Shown here one piece after another: positions 38,682 to 53,049 of a DNA stretch of 64,000 nt; positions within the stretch are counted from its first letter, which is position 1; each line of letters opens with the position of its first letter. The stretch comes from Lytechinus pictus (Eukaryota): assembly GCF_037042905.1 (NCBI RefSeq), contig NC_087245.1, positions 10,480,001 through 10,544,000 on the forward strand. Reading direction: 5' to 3'. The translations under genes were made by a program, and so were the position numbers. Under the pieces are notes generated by a model that was given only the letters and a program-made list of their open reading frames with translations, did not search any database and was not told the origin of the DNA.

Positions 38682-39227
38682 AGGGGTAGTCCAGGCTAAA
38701 ATAATTGAATCTAAATAAATAAAGTAAAATTCACCAAGCAAAATGCTGAAAATTTCATTGAAATCTTATAAAAAATAATGAAGTTATTGCATCTCAAAAT
38801 TTAGCAATATTTTGTAAAAACAGTTATATGCACATTGTCATGAATATTCATTAGGTAGACTGAAGATGTCACATACCCACTTTAAATTTTTTTTTTTATA
38901 CATGTGTGTATGATATGTCTCCCTTATAAAAACAATAAGTTGCAGCAATTAATATAATGCATTAAATCGATTGTCAATCCATTTTTTTAGTTCTTGGGTA
39001 CAAAATGTGAATAAACATAATTTCATGTAATAAAATACAAAAGAACAAGTGTGAAGATAACACCATCAGTAATTGCTCATTGAATATTCATAAAGACGCG
39101 CATGGAATTCCTTTACCGAAATAATGCAAATCTTTAAAATGTCATAACTTTCATCATTGTATGATTTTTATTAATTTTGAGTGTATTCTTTGTCTTATTA
39201 TTTTAAATTTGAAAATGAAATACCCCT
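38682..39227. mobile_element. Kolobok-like non-autonomous element (AGG...CCT termini, TTAA target)
   Basis: aggggtagtccagg ... aatacccct-ttaa; interior similar to 54244-54865 (aaaatttcat, aaaacagttatatgcacat). Confidence 0.7.
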
Positions 39228-40369
39228 TTAAGCAGTTTTGTGATAAATATATTTTGTGAAACTTAACACTGTGGAATGTCTTATATGCTTTAAGTACTTC
39301 AGATTTTGAATAAGTATCAAATGTTATTATATACTTGTGTAATCTTATATATATATTCATTTAATAAATTTGGCCTTCATACTCACTAAATACCTATAAA
39401 ATATGAAAAAGAGTGTGTTAGATAATAAATGTTTCAGTAGCTACACAGAAAATTTGAATAAAATAATGCAGCTCTATACTTACATCTGAGTCTTCATTTT
39501 CTTCTGTAATGGAACTCTCTTTGCTGAAAGCTGTCAAAGATAAAAGTGAAAAAAAACAACACCTTTTTTATAACTTACACAATTATTTTTATGATCAAAT
39601 CATCACTATTATACGATCAAATTTTATCAGTTGAACAATTGATCAATTCACATTTTCAGGTAATTTTTCCCTTTGACCCACAACTTTCATTAGATTGCCA
39701 TATCTCCCACCATAGGCAAACATTACGTCAAGTATGAAATTGATATGTCAATCGATCATAAGTTATTTCGAGCATAAACTACATGCATTAAAATATACAT
39801 ACAACTTCCTACACCTAGAATATTACTCTGACACTCAGTTTTTAGTGGGCAGAGCCATAGTAACCATTTAATAAGATTAGTCATCATTATTAAAGTAGCT
39901 TCATCAATATCATAACAATCATCCTTATGGTAGGATTGATTAATACTTAAAAGCAAATTAATGTCAATAGAGCGGCTATTATTTGCTGATGATTGATCGT
40001 TTGTAGGAAATCTATCCTTCTTACAACATTTGAAACAATACTACTTAAATATTTCATTACTCTCCACTCATTTATCATTCATTTGAAAAGCTCTGGAAAT
40101 CGATGGATGAACAATGCAAGGGAAGTGTTTTAATCATACTGAAAAAACACAACTCCCAAAGTTCACAGTGGTGGATATATCCGGATATTCTATGCTGGCC
40201 AACAGAGGGAGCTCTTTCATATTTTCAGAAAGCTTCATTGACTCATAATGACAAAAGCAAGTGCGGTACTCAAATATCACTGGTACTCGACTATCACTCT
40301 AACTCAGCTAGCCACTTTTAATGATTATGCATGGATGATGAAAGTATTTTGCTATATATTAGACAACGA

Positions 40370-40916
40370 ACGGAACAATCTAAAATGAGATTCATCAAAA
40401 TTGGCTATGAAACAGGCAAGTTATGGATGTTTGAAAAGTCTTGTTGTACTTTCTATGGGGATCCTCAAATTGGCAAACATGCTTCAAAATGGCTGATTTT
40501 GTGGACAACCCTCCATTTGTTTTGTACACAAATTTTAAGATTTGCCACTTTAGTTTACATTATTTTACATCATCTCCTCCGACCTTGATATGTGGTGTGA
40601 ATTATATTTTCTCATGACATATCTTATGCTCAGAATGAGGCAATATGCAATTTAAAAGACAATAGGGAAAATCTGAAAAATTGTGTACAAAACAAATGGA
40701 GACTTGTCCACAAAATCAGCAATTTTGAAGCATGTTTGCCAATTTGAGGATCCCCACAGAAAGTACAACAACAATTTTTAAACGTCCATAACTTGCTTAT
40801 TTCACAACCAATTTTGTTTTAAATGGCAGATACAAAACATATCTCTTGTTTTTAATTGTTCCTCTCATTTTACTCTTTCCAAAAAGATTGCTTCTTTTCT
40901 TGGGTTTTGGTTTCCT
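40370..40916. mobile_element. Long-TIR Kolobok-like MITE, left terminus eroded
   Basis: ~135-bp inverted arms at 40397-40531 and 40681-40815 (ggggatcctcaaattggcaaacatgcttcaaaat / attttgaagcatgtttgccaatttgaggatcccc); right end ggtttcct-ttaa. Confidence 0.8.
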
Positions 40917-42412
40917 TTAACTTGGAAGATAGTGTGTGCACAAAATGACCCATTGAAAACAGATAGGAGTAGCTATCAAACCTAATATAAACATCTTAAT
41001 GAAAAAAAAAGAGATGAAGGGTAAAAATAAATCATAGTATTGATATGCATGGGGTGGTAGCTAAGGTGATCGACTAACAGTAGCTCATTAATCATTACAT
41101 TATATCTCTACTGGGTAAGGATGTTTCAGAGGACACATTCAAACTTTCATCAGAGATACATGTAGCTGCAATGTAAAAGGCATTTGATGCAGCATTGATG
41201 TCAATTTTCTTGAAAGTCTTGAGCATCTTCCATCAAAGTATATTGGATCAAAATCTTAAAAGAGCACCTAGACAAACCAACATCAGCTTTGGAGACTTAA
41301 TTGATTCATGAATAGCCTTAACTAAGTCATCAAAAATCAATTACATTTTGGTAATTTACTGGATAATTTTTATTAATCATGTTGTGGATGACATACTTGC
41401 TGACATTCATGGATAAGATCATAACTGCTAAAAAGTGTTGAGAATGTGTCGCAAGGATAGAGAGAAATGAAAGAAAAAAGGGAAATGAGAGAGAGAGAGA
41501 GAAGAAAACAAAAAAAGAAGAAAATAATGAGAAAATCAAGAAAAGGGTACATGTAGATCTACCTTGTACCTAATTTATAAAGTATGGACACTTTGATAAG
41601 TTCCAAGTTCCAACAATGAATAACAAAGAGTTAAAATCTGATTAAAGGATTTACATAGATAATAAACTAAATTACAAAGTACTTTAGATGAAAAAGAACA
41701 GCTTGCAAAGTACAAACTGTGAAGAAAAATAAGAACTGAAATTCGATAGAATTTACATACGCAATAAACTAAACAGGAAAGTAACTTAGATGAGAAAGAG
41801 AAAGAAGAACTAAATCTAGCAGACAAGTGCAAGAACATGATTTCTATATCAGTACTTTGAACGAAGCAATGATTGACAAGTCTAAACCACGTCTGATAAA
41901 TGACGTCAGAGTGGTTGTACTTCACTCTACACAGTACTGATTATCCTGGTTTTTCCATTCCTGATCACGGTATCTCATGTATTCTCATCTGATTGCTTTA
42001 ACTGAATATATTTCCTGATTCTGCCATCTCAAGCAGTAAAGTATATTTCTGGTCCAGGTGAAACTTCAGTGCATATTGGAGTCCCTCACATCCTGAATGC
42101 AATACATTGGTTATGCATATAATTCCTTCCGTACACATTGCCACTTTTTTTAAAGATGAATGAAATTGAAGATAAATTCCAAGATTATATATTGGTAACA
42201 TAAAATATGCAGTCTAGAATTCCAACTACATGATTATTCAATTAAAGTGTTGGTTTATTTGTGTAAAACAATTATGTGCATAATTATTCTCGTAGAATAT
42301 GAGAATTTGTCATTATTTAGCATAACAACCATAACATTCTATGAGAAGATGGTTCCTCTTTACAAACAATAATAAAGTTGTAGTGCACTTGGGCTGATAA
42401 TATTCCCAAGTA

Positions 42413-42620
42413 CACTCTAAAAATCAAGGATTTAAAATAAATCCAAATCGGCTGTGGATAGTGACCAGCCGAATGTTTTTAATCTTTAATCTTTAGGATT
42501 AACTTCAAATCTAAAAAGATTTAAATTTAAATCTACAAGGTTTAAAACTAAATCTAATATTTGGCTAGTCACTATTCACAGCCCATCTGGATTTACTTTA
42601 AATCCTTGATTTTTAGAGTG
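42413..42620. mobile_element. MITE with CACT termini and TA flanks (CACTA/EnSpm-like or TA-targeting)
   Basis: ta-cactctaaaaatcaaggatttaaa ... tttaaatccttgatttttagagtg-ta. Confidence 0.9.
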
Positions 42621-43797
42621 TATAAAAGCATGATCTGTGTTGATGTGAGTCAGACTCAGCATACTAAGTTTCAACAAATAATCACTTCTATATGATTATG
42701 AATCATTTGATTTCAAGAATTTCTCTGAAAGTAACTCACATGTGACTACATCAGTTTTGCTTTAATGTAATTTTTGCAATGATCACACGTTTAATATTCA
42801 GTTACACAAACAATGAATTTTACAAAAACATGCAGAACAGTTGTCAAGAAAATGCATTTGTTCTGACTCATAATGTAGATCATCACATTTGATTGTTTCT
42901 ATTATTCTTAATCCAAGTTTTAATTATTCAAGATGTGAATGCAAAACTATCCAATGGTCAATTAACTTTTTATAAATTTATATATCATAATGATATTAAA
43001 AAACATTACTCAATCTTTACCAAAACATTCCAAAGGTGTTGATCCAATAAAACAAGAATTAAGAAAATTAAATAAGGCTTGAAAACTGATTAATTTTGAT
43101 CACAGGTAGAGAGACTCTTTAACTTTTCTCGGAAACTCCTCACATCCACCTCACCCTGCTGTACATGGGGTTAATTCCCAACCCAGCTGTCTGTAATTGG
43201 AAATAATCAATTCATTCTAAGACTACCAAGAGCCTAAGTCAATACAAGGAGATGATCTGGGTATACCTTCAAAAATACACTCGAATGGTATATAGGAAGC
43301 TGAGGACACATCAATTAGGACAGATTGGTGAAGATTTTATTAAACAATAATAATCTACCAGGTATTTCAAATATAAGAGATTGATTTTTCATACCTCAAT
43401 AGAGTTTATTGACTTTAATATGGAAGTGTTGTCATTCTCAGTGCTATGAGGAGGTAAAGTTATAGGTAACAATCGTGGTTTTGATTTTCGATGAAGTATT
43501 ATTTATTAATATCTATTTAGAAAGGCATTTATGAGCATCAACAATAACTCTCTATTCCAGAAGAGTTGGGGGAAATTGTAGACTGATAAAAAAAAATGTC
43601 TTCTTGTCAAGAATCATTCTTAATTAATGTATAAAATATGTGTAGTCTTTGAAAAGAATGCAGAGAATGTGAATGCTAAACAGATTCAGTTATTTCATAT
43701 GGCTTTCATTTTCAATTATCTTGAATGTTAAATTAGCCAAACTAGATCCACTATTTATCATGGTGCTTTAACTAAGTGTGAGAATATTTCAATCATA

Positions 43798-44027
43798 CAC
43801 TCTAAAAATCAAGGATTTAAATAATTCCAGATCGGCTGTGGATAGTGACTAGCCGAATGTTGGATTTATTTTAAATCTTTAGGATTAATTTTAAAATGTC
43901 AGAAGATTTAAATTCAAATCTTTAGACTTATATTTAAATCTACAAGGATTAAAACTATATCTAATATTCGGCTGGTCACTATTCACAGCCGATCTGGATT
44001 TATTTTAAATCCTTGATTTTTAGAGTG
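43798..44027. mobile_element. Second copy of the CACT-terminal MITE
   Basis: Same TIRs and TA flanks as 42413-42620. Confidence 0.9.
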
Positions 44028-45169
44028 TACCTGAAATAAATTCCAACAAAAATCAACCTCTGCAAAATGTTATATTGCTTTGCTCATAGCCTGATATTAA
44101 CATTGATCTAAATTTTCATTTTTAAGAAATGGTCTTACATGGTATTCATAGATTGCCCATTATGATTTCAATATAACAAAAATTATGCACTTTCTTTAGT
44201 CTCCTTATAAAGTCACTTCAAATTACATTTTTAAAATTCAATTGATGTGGATTGAAATCATGAATATCACATCCATTTTGCACTCAAACCCATGCCAATC
44301 TTGTTAGTATGACTCTCTAATTAATCAGATCAAAAGCCACTTAAAGACATGCTGCCACACTTCCATCATCGTAACATCCAATTAATTCAATCTACTTTAC
44401 CTAAACATCCCACATGCCAGCCTGAATTAAACCCAAGATGGCAGAATAATTCAATTAAGTGTGAAATCAACCTTTTGATGTTAGCAACCTAAGCAGAAGA
44501 CCCCCTAGTAAACAATGAAGTGCTCTAAATAGTCAAGGAGAAATGGTAAATGTCATAATTGCCTTTTTTCATCTAAGTAAGATGTGAAAGTGTTTTTTCA
44601 GAGATAGGATTTCACATTTTGTCTCAAGCAGAGTGAGGTGGGACGTCACTTTTATTCCAAGTGAAGTATTGAATGTCAACTGTCTTCTCTTCATCCTCCT
44701 TATCAAGTCTATTCTCGATTGATTCATTTAACTTTTTCCTCCGACATAAAAATCTGACCTCACTTCTGGTGATTTTCTTCTCTCTTTTCTGTTTCAGACA
44801 TTTTTTTATCTATTTTTCATATCATTCTTCCTTCACTGTCTTCATCCTCTTCCTTCTTTGTCTTCTCACCTTCCAACTTCTCCCTCTTTCATCTTTTCTC
44901 TCCTCATCACTTTTCTTTTCTTTTCCAAGGTTTCCTTTTGCTGCTACTCCATCCCTTCAATTGTCACATTCAAAGAGTGGAGCGGGCTGTGTGGTGTTTA
45001 TTTCTATAATGGTAACACTCAAGTATTCAGATAATACACATATATCACTGACACAATGTATAATTCACCAAACATTGTATCAGATTACTGGGTGAAGTAC
45101 TAGTACTTAGGTTAGTGTATGAGGTTTGTTTATCTTTCAAGACTGTATTTTTACAACATGTTTTCATGA

Positions 45170-45245
45170 GATCCAATGTAAGATCCAATATAAGATCCAA
45201 TGTACATACATGTACATTGGATGTACATCCAATGTACATGTATGT
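45170..45245. repeat. Short minisatellite of atccaatgta-type units with an internal palindrome
   Basis: gatccaatgtaagatccaatataagatccaatgtacatacatgtacattggatgtacatccaatgtacatgta. Confidence 0.8.
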
Positions 45246-45934
45246 AAGATTAAAACCTTTTCCCTCCCTGCTGTTTCATTGTGCTTCAAAAAATTGAGGT
45301 TGGGATGTTTTAAACCAGAATATTTCAATGTTGGCAACCTGAGCTTTTATGCAAACAATTTTACAATCTAAAGTTACTGACCCTAAAAAGTTTAGGTTGG
45401 GCATATCTCAATCTATATTTTCTAAGGTTGGTAAAAAAAAGTTTTATGCAATGGGCCCCAGGGGTAAGTGCTCTCCAAACCATTTAACACAAAAATGTTT
45501 GCAAGGTTACTGGCATGTATACATTACATGCTAGTAATGTAAACAAAACAAAAACAAATAGTCACAAATATGAATGTTAAAGTTTAAATTTTAAGATACT
45601 TCTTGGAATTACAGTTTGTATTTTTCAAGAAGAAAATCACCGAAATGATTCTCAAAATATGACTGCAAAATAACTTTAAACTATCAAATATTATATTGAC
45701 AAATATTTCATTCTAATTCATCTTAATTCAGAAATGATGAAATACAGATCTTTTGAATAATCTACATAGAAATAAGAAAAGAAAAGACTCTTGTGAATGA
45801 TGTGCTGACCAGGCTTGTCCCTTAAATTGTTGGTGAACGAAGCAGCAAGCAAGATGCCACCAGGCCTCATCCAGTTGAGAACACCAATAGTTGATGCAAT
45901 TTAATGTATACAATTCTATACTTTTTTGTTACTT

Positions 45935-46022
45935 AAGATTTATATTTATTTCTGACAATTGTAAGCGCTGCGATACTTTTTGTGTATAGCGCATATAAAT
46001 AACCGTTATCATTATTATTATT
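45935..46022 (+). mobile_element. 3' tail remnant of an L2/CR1-type LINE or related SINE
   Basis: tgtaagcgctgcga...tagcgcatataaat followed by an (att)n tail, typical of such 3' ends. Confidence 0.5.
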
Positions 46023-46029
46023 TGATTCG

Positions 46030-46233
46030 ATTATGAATAAAATATTCCCAGAGAAATAGACAAATAAAGAAATAAAAACACAAAACATTTATAAAAATAA
46101 CATTTTGCTTAATAATGTACATTGAAATAAGAAAAGAAAAAACCCTTTTATTAAATTATGAATAAAATATTTCCAGAGAAATAAACAAATAAAAAAATAA
46201 AAACACAAAACATTTATAAAAATCATATTTTGC
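46030..46233 (+). repeat. Local tandem duplication, ~126-bp period
   Basis: attatgaataaaatatt.ccagagaaata.acaaataaa.aaataaaaacacaaaacatttataaaaat occurs at ~46030 and ~46156. Confidence 0.9.
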
Positions 46234-48404
46234 TAAAATAATTTTTTGTCAGTTTGTGTCGTTGTTTGCACACCTTTAAGGCAGACTCACAACTGCATAA
46301 GGTTATTAGTTCTAACTGGCTGGACAATCCATGCCCCCAATTTTCTGCAAGAGAGACGTATCATCATCATCTCCCAGACTGACCTATATGCCACAAAAGA
46401 TATAGCCTGAATCTCCATCTATGCATTAAATTCTCTGGGGAGTCATGCACATGTACGGCCTAATTTCATAAGTCTTGTCAATCCTCAAAGTTTGTTGATG
46501 CAAGAGCAACAGAGAAATATTCCTGCATGAAAGCGAGACGGAATCAGCCTTTGAAATTTATCCATATTCCCTGTGGAATGAATGTACAATACTTACTAAT
46601 TGTCAAGTGCAGCAATACTGGTATTAACTTAATCAGCATACTTGAATTAAATTGCAGGAACAGATATGAAATATATACCTAGGCAGTAGAAATAACAAAG
46701 GGACTAAAATTAGGAGAGCATCTTCTGCGGTGCAGTACATCTTCAATTAAAATTGAAAGGATGAGAATACATTAATAAAACAAACTGGAATTAAAACTGG
46801 AGACAAAATATAGCATACCAGAATAGATTTAAAATGAAAATCTGCAATATGAAGGAAACATTCAGGAATCAATTAACAAAGGGAAATGCATGCCCGAAAG
46901 GTAGAAAATAGCATTAGATTGTTCGTTCAAATGATACCCTTAAATTGTGAAATCCAACTGAGATGGATAAACAGGTCAAATTTGTTGACATTGTTTTAAA
47001 AGAACAATTTAATTAAAAACTGGCAATGTTCAAAAGATATGTCCAAAAATCATTGCCAATGATAATAATAATAGTGTTAGATTTATTAAGTGCACAATAT
47101 CACTTAATTCTCTGTGCTTTAATGTAATCAATAAATATTGTGTTTCATCAACAGTTATTAAATTGCCTTCAAGTAATTTTTGTCAGTTATAAAGAAAAAC
47201 ATCTTTCAAAAAAGTAAACATGAAATGCTAAACAAAAGATAGTGCTGAATGGCAATTAAGTAGAACAATGGTCATTGGGTAATATGAAACCAAGGAGCTT
47301 GGAAAAGACATCTCTATGTGATTCTATGGCATCACTATGATCTATTCCCAAAACGGATATCCGTTGCATACATAAAACTGACCTATAATTCCTTGGTCAC
47401 ACTGAGCTGTATAACAAATTATGCAATTGTAAATTAGCTAGGCTAGAACAAGGAGAAATCAAAATTGATTAAAAAATTGCTTGAATATATACCCTGTACA
47501 AAGAAATATGTTTTATATCTGCCATTTGATTTGTTATAAGTGTTTCATTTCTAGATCCTAATAGGTTTCATGGAAATTTGTCATTTTCTTAAAGATATAA
47601 TCTTCACAGGCCCGTACAGATGGGGAGAAGGACAACATACGAAAATGCGTATACAGCTTCCAGCAACCTTTGAAGAAGATACAGAAAAATGCAATGGAGT
47701 TTAAAAAGGCGAAGAGATCAGATATGTGTCAGCTAATGGATGGAAACACTCAACACTTTTATGCCAAACATGATACCAAAATAATGAGGGTGGCGGGGGC
47801 ATTATGGCCATGCACTTAATAGCGAGATCCCAATAACATTTAGTTAATGTTGTGTCGTGTTGGTGAAAATGGGGTTTATCTTTAGAAATGCATGGAGATT
47901 AGCAACTCCATTCCACTGGATAGGCCCATTATCACTGGAGATTCTTGAAGTGAAAATATTAGAAGGGAATAACAGATTAAGGAAATTATAACATCATAAA
48001 TGTACATTAACTCAATTCAAGTATTCAAACAGCTAGAATGTATTCCTCATTCTATACAGACAATAATTGACTGACTGAAATTTTTTATTATGCTGGGAAT
48101 GAACACGAAAATAGTTCCCTTTTTAAAAGAGACTTTCCAAAAGAAAAAGAAAACTATTCTTTCCAAACATGATCAATCCTTTTTAGACCCATCTTTTTTA
48201 AGGAAGAAGTATTAGTGTTTTTTAGGTTTATATAAGGGTAAAAATGAGGAGGGGATCATACCAAGTATTCAAATAATTTTCTTTTCAAAATCCACTGTCA
48301 TATTCTTGCTGTAAAAAGAAAATAATTGCAAACAATTTTTTTACAATGGATCACACAACACATTTGATGTTATTCTAAAGGTAAACTGCCAATTCCTCTA
48401 CTGC

Positions 48405-48781
48405 AAACTTGTCCACTCATCACATGGTCTACCTTCATTTTGTCTAATGCCATTCCGTCCATCAACATTTTGTCTAACAGCCATTTGTTCCAAAAACCGT
48501 TTGGTCCAATCATCACTTTGTCTAATCATCGGTCTGTCTATGACCATTTCGACTCATAATCATTCTTTTTCATTCATTTTGCTCAATTAACAGTTAGTCC
48601 AATTAGACCAAATGGTATATGGACTAAATGGCTATTGGACCAAATGGTTATCGGACGAAATGGTGAGTGGACGAAATGGCAATTAGACCATGTGGATAGT
48701 GAACGAACTGAAAGTAGACCAGATGATAGTAGACGAGTTGGTAATTGGATGAATTGGCATTAGACCAATTGGAAATAAACC
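48405..48781. mobile_element. Foldback-type MITE built of ~20-bp subrepeats; left end truncated
   Basis: Left arm repeats tttg(g)tctaa/ttggtccaat, right arm repeats attagacca/tggacgaaatgg; ends ggaaataaacc. Confidence 0.75.
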
Positions 48782-50976
48782 ATTCCAGAGTATCGGTATC
48801 TAATTTTCCATGCCATCGTGTAAATGCTCATTACTCTTAAAACAATGGCAAAGGTCATAATTACTGTAAATCAAATTATCCTTTTCAGACATCAGCAACC
48901 ATGAAACATGACATGAATGTGATAGGCAGTCAAACCCTCTTGTCACAATATCTCTGGGATGAGGTGAAGAATGATTTCAATTCTTCTCACGTCATATCGC
49001 AAAGTGTGAGGTAACCACTGGATGGTAGGGCTGGGTCTATATGGATAACGGTGAAACCAAGGTACTAGAAATGATAAATATTAGAAAGCCAGCCAGATCA
49101 TTCTGAACTTTACCTGGAAGGACATGATATGCTATATCATCACCATATGGAATGTTACATGTGTTAGGCTTGAGAGATACCAAAGGCTTCTCCTCAACAA
49201 AATATGTGAAAGACATTTTCGGCAAAGCCTGCCAAAGTTTGGATTTTATTGGACAACTATCACACCATTGAAACCTTACAAAAGTGTAGTATTTTATTTT
49301 AAAAATTGATTGATCATTTGTGAATTATAGCTTGACTGTAAATTGTATTCAACACCTTTCTCTGAATTTCCTCTTTAAAATACCCCCCTCTGTTCATACA
49401 CATCTATGCATTATAAGAGAAAGCTTTACCCACCAGTTTCACCCTATTCCAAACTTGAGAAGTCATACTATACCAAAGAGAAAGAATGAGCAAAAATGCA
49501 TGGACATAAATATATTTAATTCAAGAATTAACCTGCAGACTTTGAGAAAAATTTGTGTTAATAGCACTTGGAGAGTTATTTTTTGTAACCTTCAGTGCTT
49601 GTTTATATACAGGATGCTATATGTTTATGCCTTCATTCAAATCAATTCAAGTACTTCTGTGAACTCATTAAAGTCGTTGGGCTCATATCCTAAACCCACA
49701 GCAACAAATGAGAATTTAGCATCCTTTGACAAAAGTACTTGTTCTATTTACGACATTCCTCTATTTTCAGTTTAAGCACTCAATTATCTATATTTATGCA
49801 TACCAAGGGTTTGAAAATTAGTGATTTCAAAACCACTTTGTGAATTGAGATCAAGATCTCAAAATGTTATTCTTTTCCTCACTTCTGGGGTATTGTACAT
49901 GTATAAAGCTAACACACAAAAAGGGATTTTTTACTGGCATCATCTTATGGTAAAATAAAAAATCAAAGTTTTCTGTAGAAAAGGGACCTTTGGTGGTAGA
50001 TTTACTATGGATATACCATGGAGCTCTGTTAGTAGCTCCATGGATATACCGCCATTGCACATGTACCTGATGTTTTTTATAGAAATACACCAAGCTTGGG
50101 AAAGGGTATTGCATTGAAAAGTCTCTAAGCAACTGCGTGTGTGTTGTTAAGAGCCTGTTTAATTAATCATCCTTTTGAGATACAATCCTAACAATGCATA
50201 TACAGGTGTATGCACACCAGCTCATTCAAAAGAAAATGCCCACAAATTAATAAAGGGAATTTTTTTTTAGCATCAAAATATATCCCATGATTATTTTGGA
50301 ATTTATTTCTGTCCAAACTATAAAGTTAATGCCATTCATGAAGAAGCAATACAACTTCCACTAAATTCTAGCCTCCCTTTTATCAGGATATGCTTCCAAA
50401 CTACAAATATTCCTGCATCATTATAGAAATTTTGTGCAATATTTATTGCCATTGTAATAAGTACCAGTTATTTTGCAGATTTTCTTTCAGGTTTATGGGA
50501 GTGCTTTGTTTTCGCACAGGCAAAATCCCGGGTATTTTTTATTTTATTTGGGTGTGATAATGCCTCGTCTGAGCAAATGATGCTCAAGCCAGGGTGGCCC
50601 ACAGTCTTGTCTCATAAGAGATTGATGGGAAGTATCAGACAAGTCTCCAAGTTCCTGTAACGTGAAGGTACTTTCATTGCTGTCGACACTTCTAATTAGG
50701 TTGGAAAGATGTGAGAGTGTACATCCAAAGCTAGATTTATCTGATCACACAATGCACATGACATTCTTGCTTCACCATTTCTTCGAAGTTGTAACTTGAT
50801 GTCCTCTCATAATGTCAACAACAAAATAGCACCAATGAATCATTTTATTATCATTTGTATTACATGAATATTCAATAATCTGATTGGTGGGCAAACTGTG
50901 TTCACACTGAATTTTGAGCAAAGAGAACTCCCTAAGGCAGTGCCTCTGAGAGTTCTCCTCATATCTTCCAATCTAA

Positions 50977-51433
50977 TATGCTTTTCACACTGCACTTTTT
51001 TTCCTTTTTTTTTCCTGGGGCTAAGGGGGGGGGGGTCTTAGCCCCACCAATTTCCCGGGGTTAAGCTTAGTCCACTTCGTTTTCACACTACGTTTTAGCA
51101 AAGTGGGCTAGCGCGGTAAATAGTACGGTACTATCTGGCCCTGAAAAAAAGCAGGGTTAGCCGGCTTATTGTGGTGCTAGCACCAAAATTCAGGAGCTAA
51201 GAGATGCAGTGTGAAACGAAACTGGGCTAAGGAAAAGTGGGGCTAAGCATTAGCCAATCACAGACGTCAAAATTGCACGTTCATCGCGCTCTGTATGGTA
51301 AAATCATCAATATTCATGAGCTGTGTGATAGTGCAGGGTTGAGGCGTTGAAGCAAATAGTATGGGGTTAAGAAAGACAGTGTGAATTTAAAAAAGATAGT
51401 ATGGGGTTAAGGAAATACAGTGTGAAAAGCATA
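50977..51433. mobile_element. Harbinger-like MITE
   Basis: Perfect 16-bp TIRs tatgcttttcacactg / cagtgtgaaaagcata; internal reiterated tttcacact / cagtgtgaa and ggggctaag / ggggttaag motifs. Confidence 0.85.
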
Positions 51434-52677
51434 TACATGGTCATGGAATAAGCCGCCCCCTAACAAAATTTGGAGGGAACAGCGACCTTGGATATGAAGT
51501 TAATGGGCCACACCTGTTTCACCAAACATGCCAATGCATGAACTTGGTACAGGGATGGCCTGCCATTCACTGTTGAATGTGACCCACTTATTCAATTTCT
51601 ATTTTTTATCAATACTGTATCCAAGGTCTGGAGACAAGTGTGAATAGTCCGCGTTGAAAATAAGCGATAAGATAAGATCGGGAGACTGTCTCTGCCCCTT
51701 AAATCCAGTGAAAATTAACAGTTGTGTCTGAATATATCAATTATTCATTTTCTATAAACAGTACAGAATCATCTTGATAAAGATCTGAAATGTAATCCCA
51801 ATCTTCTTGGACAAGGTAAATAAACTATTAATATTCAAGTTTAATAAAATTCAGCAAAGATGTGTTTTGGCTAACAGCATTGTTAGTATTAAAATGAAAT
51901 TAGTATTACTGCCTAAATCTGTAACAATGAATAAGCTTTAATGTTGCATTGAATTTTTCGGGGCTCTTTTTATCATTGCGGGAGCAAACACCTGATCAGT
52001 ATCATAATATTGAATTAATCATAGTGTACATTTTAGAAAATAGTAGTCATATCAGCAACATTCGGGTTGAAATCCTATATGTATTGTTCAAGAAGATGAG
52101 GTCAACTGAATCAAGAACGATGCTATCATCAGTGATTAGATCGAAACACCCGAAGTGCAAAGACCTTACTAACTCTTAAAAAGCAAGGTATCATCACTCA
52201 TGGTGGGTAAGCAGTAGAAACACTAGACTACGTCAACACAAAAAGACCACAGGCATGTCTACATCAGCCCAAGATTTCAAATCATTGCTTTTCCATGCTT
52301 TTCATATCCAGCGACTTGACCCATTAGAACAAGCTCAAGATTGGATGGACAAAAAAGTGCAATTAGGAGGCCGTTTGTGGGTTTCACCTTCAGATAATGA
52401 CCTCAAATCAATTTATGTGTGAAATAGCATGCTGTTAGAATAAATATTGCACTAATTCATGGGGAGCCCCACCCCAATTTAATCCCCAATCATGATAGAG
52501 AGCTATCAATCTCTAATCGAGATCTACATACGTATCAAAACTCGCGATCACTACTTTGCTATGGATACAAAGTTCTACTGATCACTAGTGGCTATTTTAA
52601 CTGTATGGAACTATTATCAGGTATAATCATGCCTCATAATGGAAAGTGTGCTATTATGGCGTATGTATACATCACCA

Positions 52678-53049
52678 TAGTCTAGTTCTAGACAATTTCA
52701 ATTTATTCGCCGTCATTGTATCATAACGGTAGTGCGTACGGCCAAGCAGAGTGACTGCGCAAATCCAAAAACCTGTACACCCAACGGTTCTCGGATTTGC
52801 GCGCTCACTCGGCTTCAGGAGCCGCGGAACGATTTTCAAAGTGGGGGGGGGGGCTGAGCCAAAAGTGGGGGGGCTGACCATGCAAAAAATCACAATCATA
52901 TAGTAATTTTTACGTTTTTGTACACAGTTTGGAAAAAAAATGGGGGGGGGGGCTGAAGTCCCCCCAGCCCCCCCCCCCCCCCCCCCCCCCGCTTCCGCGG
53001 CCCCTGGGCTTGGGCGTAAATTGAATTGAAATCGTCTAGAACTAGACTA
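52678..53049. mobile_element. Non-autonomous TIR element with TAG termini and 9-bp TSD (AcademH-like or MULE-like)
   Basis: TIRs tagtctagttctagac.atttcaatt / aattgaaat.gtctagaactagacta; ACATCACCA at 52669-52677 and 53050-53058. Confidence 0.88.
52816..53006. mobile_element. Poly-G/poly-C MITE nested in the 52678 element; 5-bp TSD GGCTT
   Basis: TIRs caggagccgcggaa / ttccgcggcccctg; ggctt at 52811-52815 and 53007-53011. Confidence 0.88.

Noticed and set aside
41552..41931. Possible solo LTR (TGTAGA...TCTACA) with an internal ~105-bp duplication
   Set aside because: No matching target-site duplication in the flanks (gtaca versus cagta) and no PBS/PPT context.
44673..45095. 140-aa Phe/Ser/Leu-rich ORF resembling a membrane protein
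   Set aside because: Low-complexity pyrimidine tract; no splice or codon evidence.
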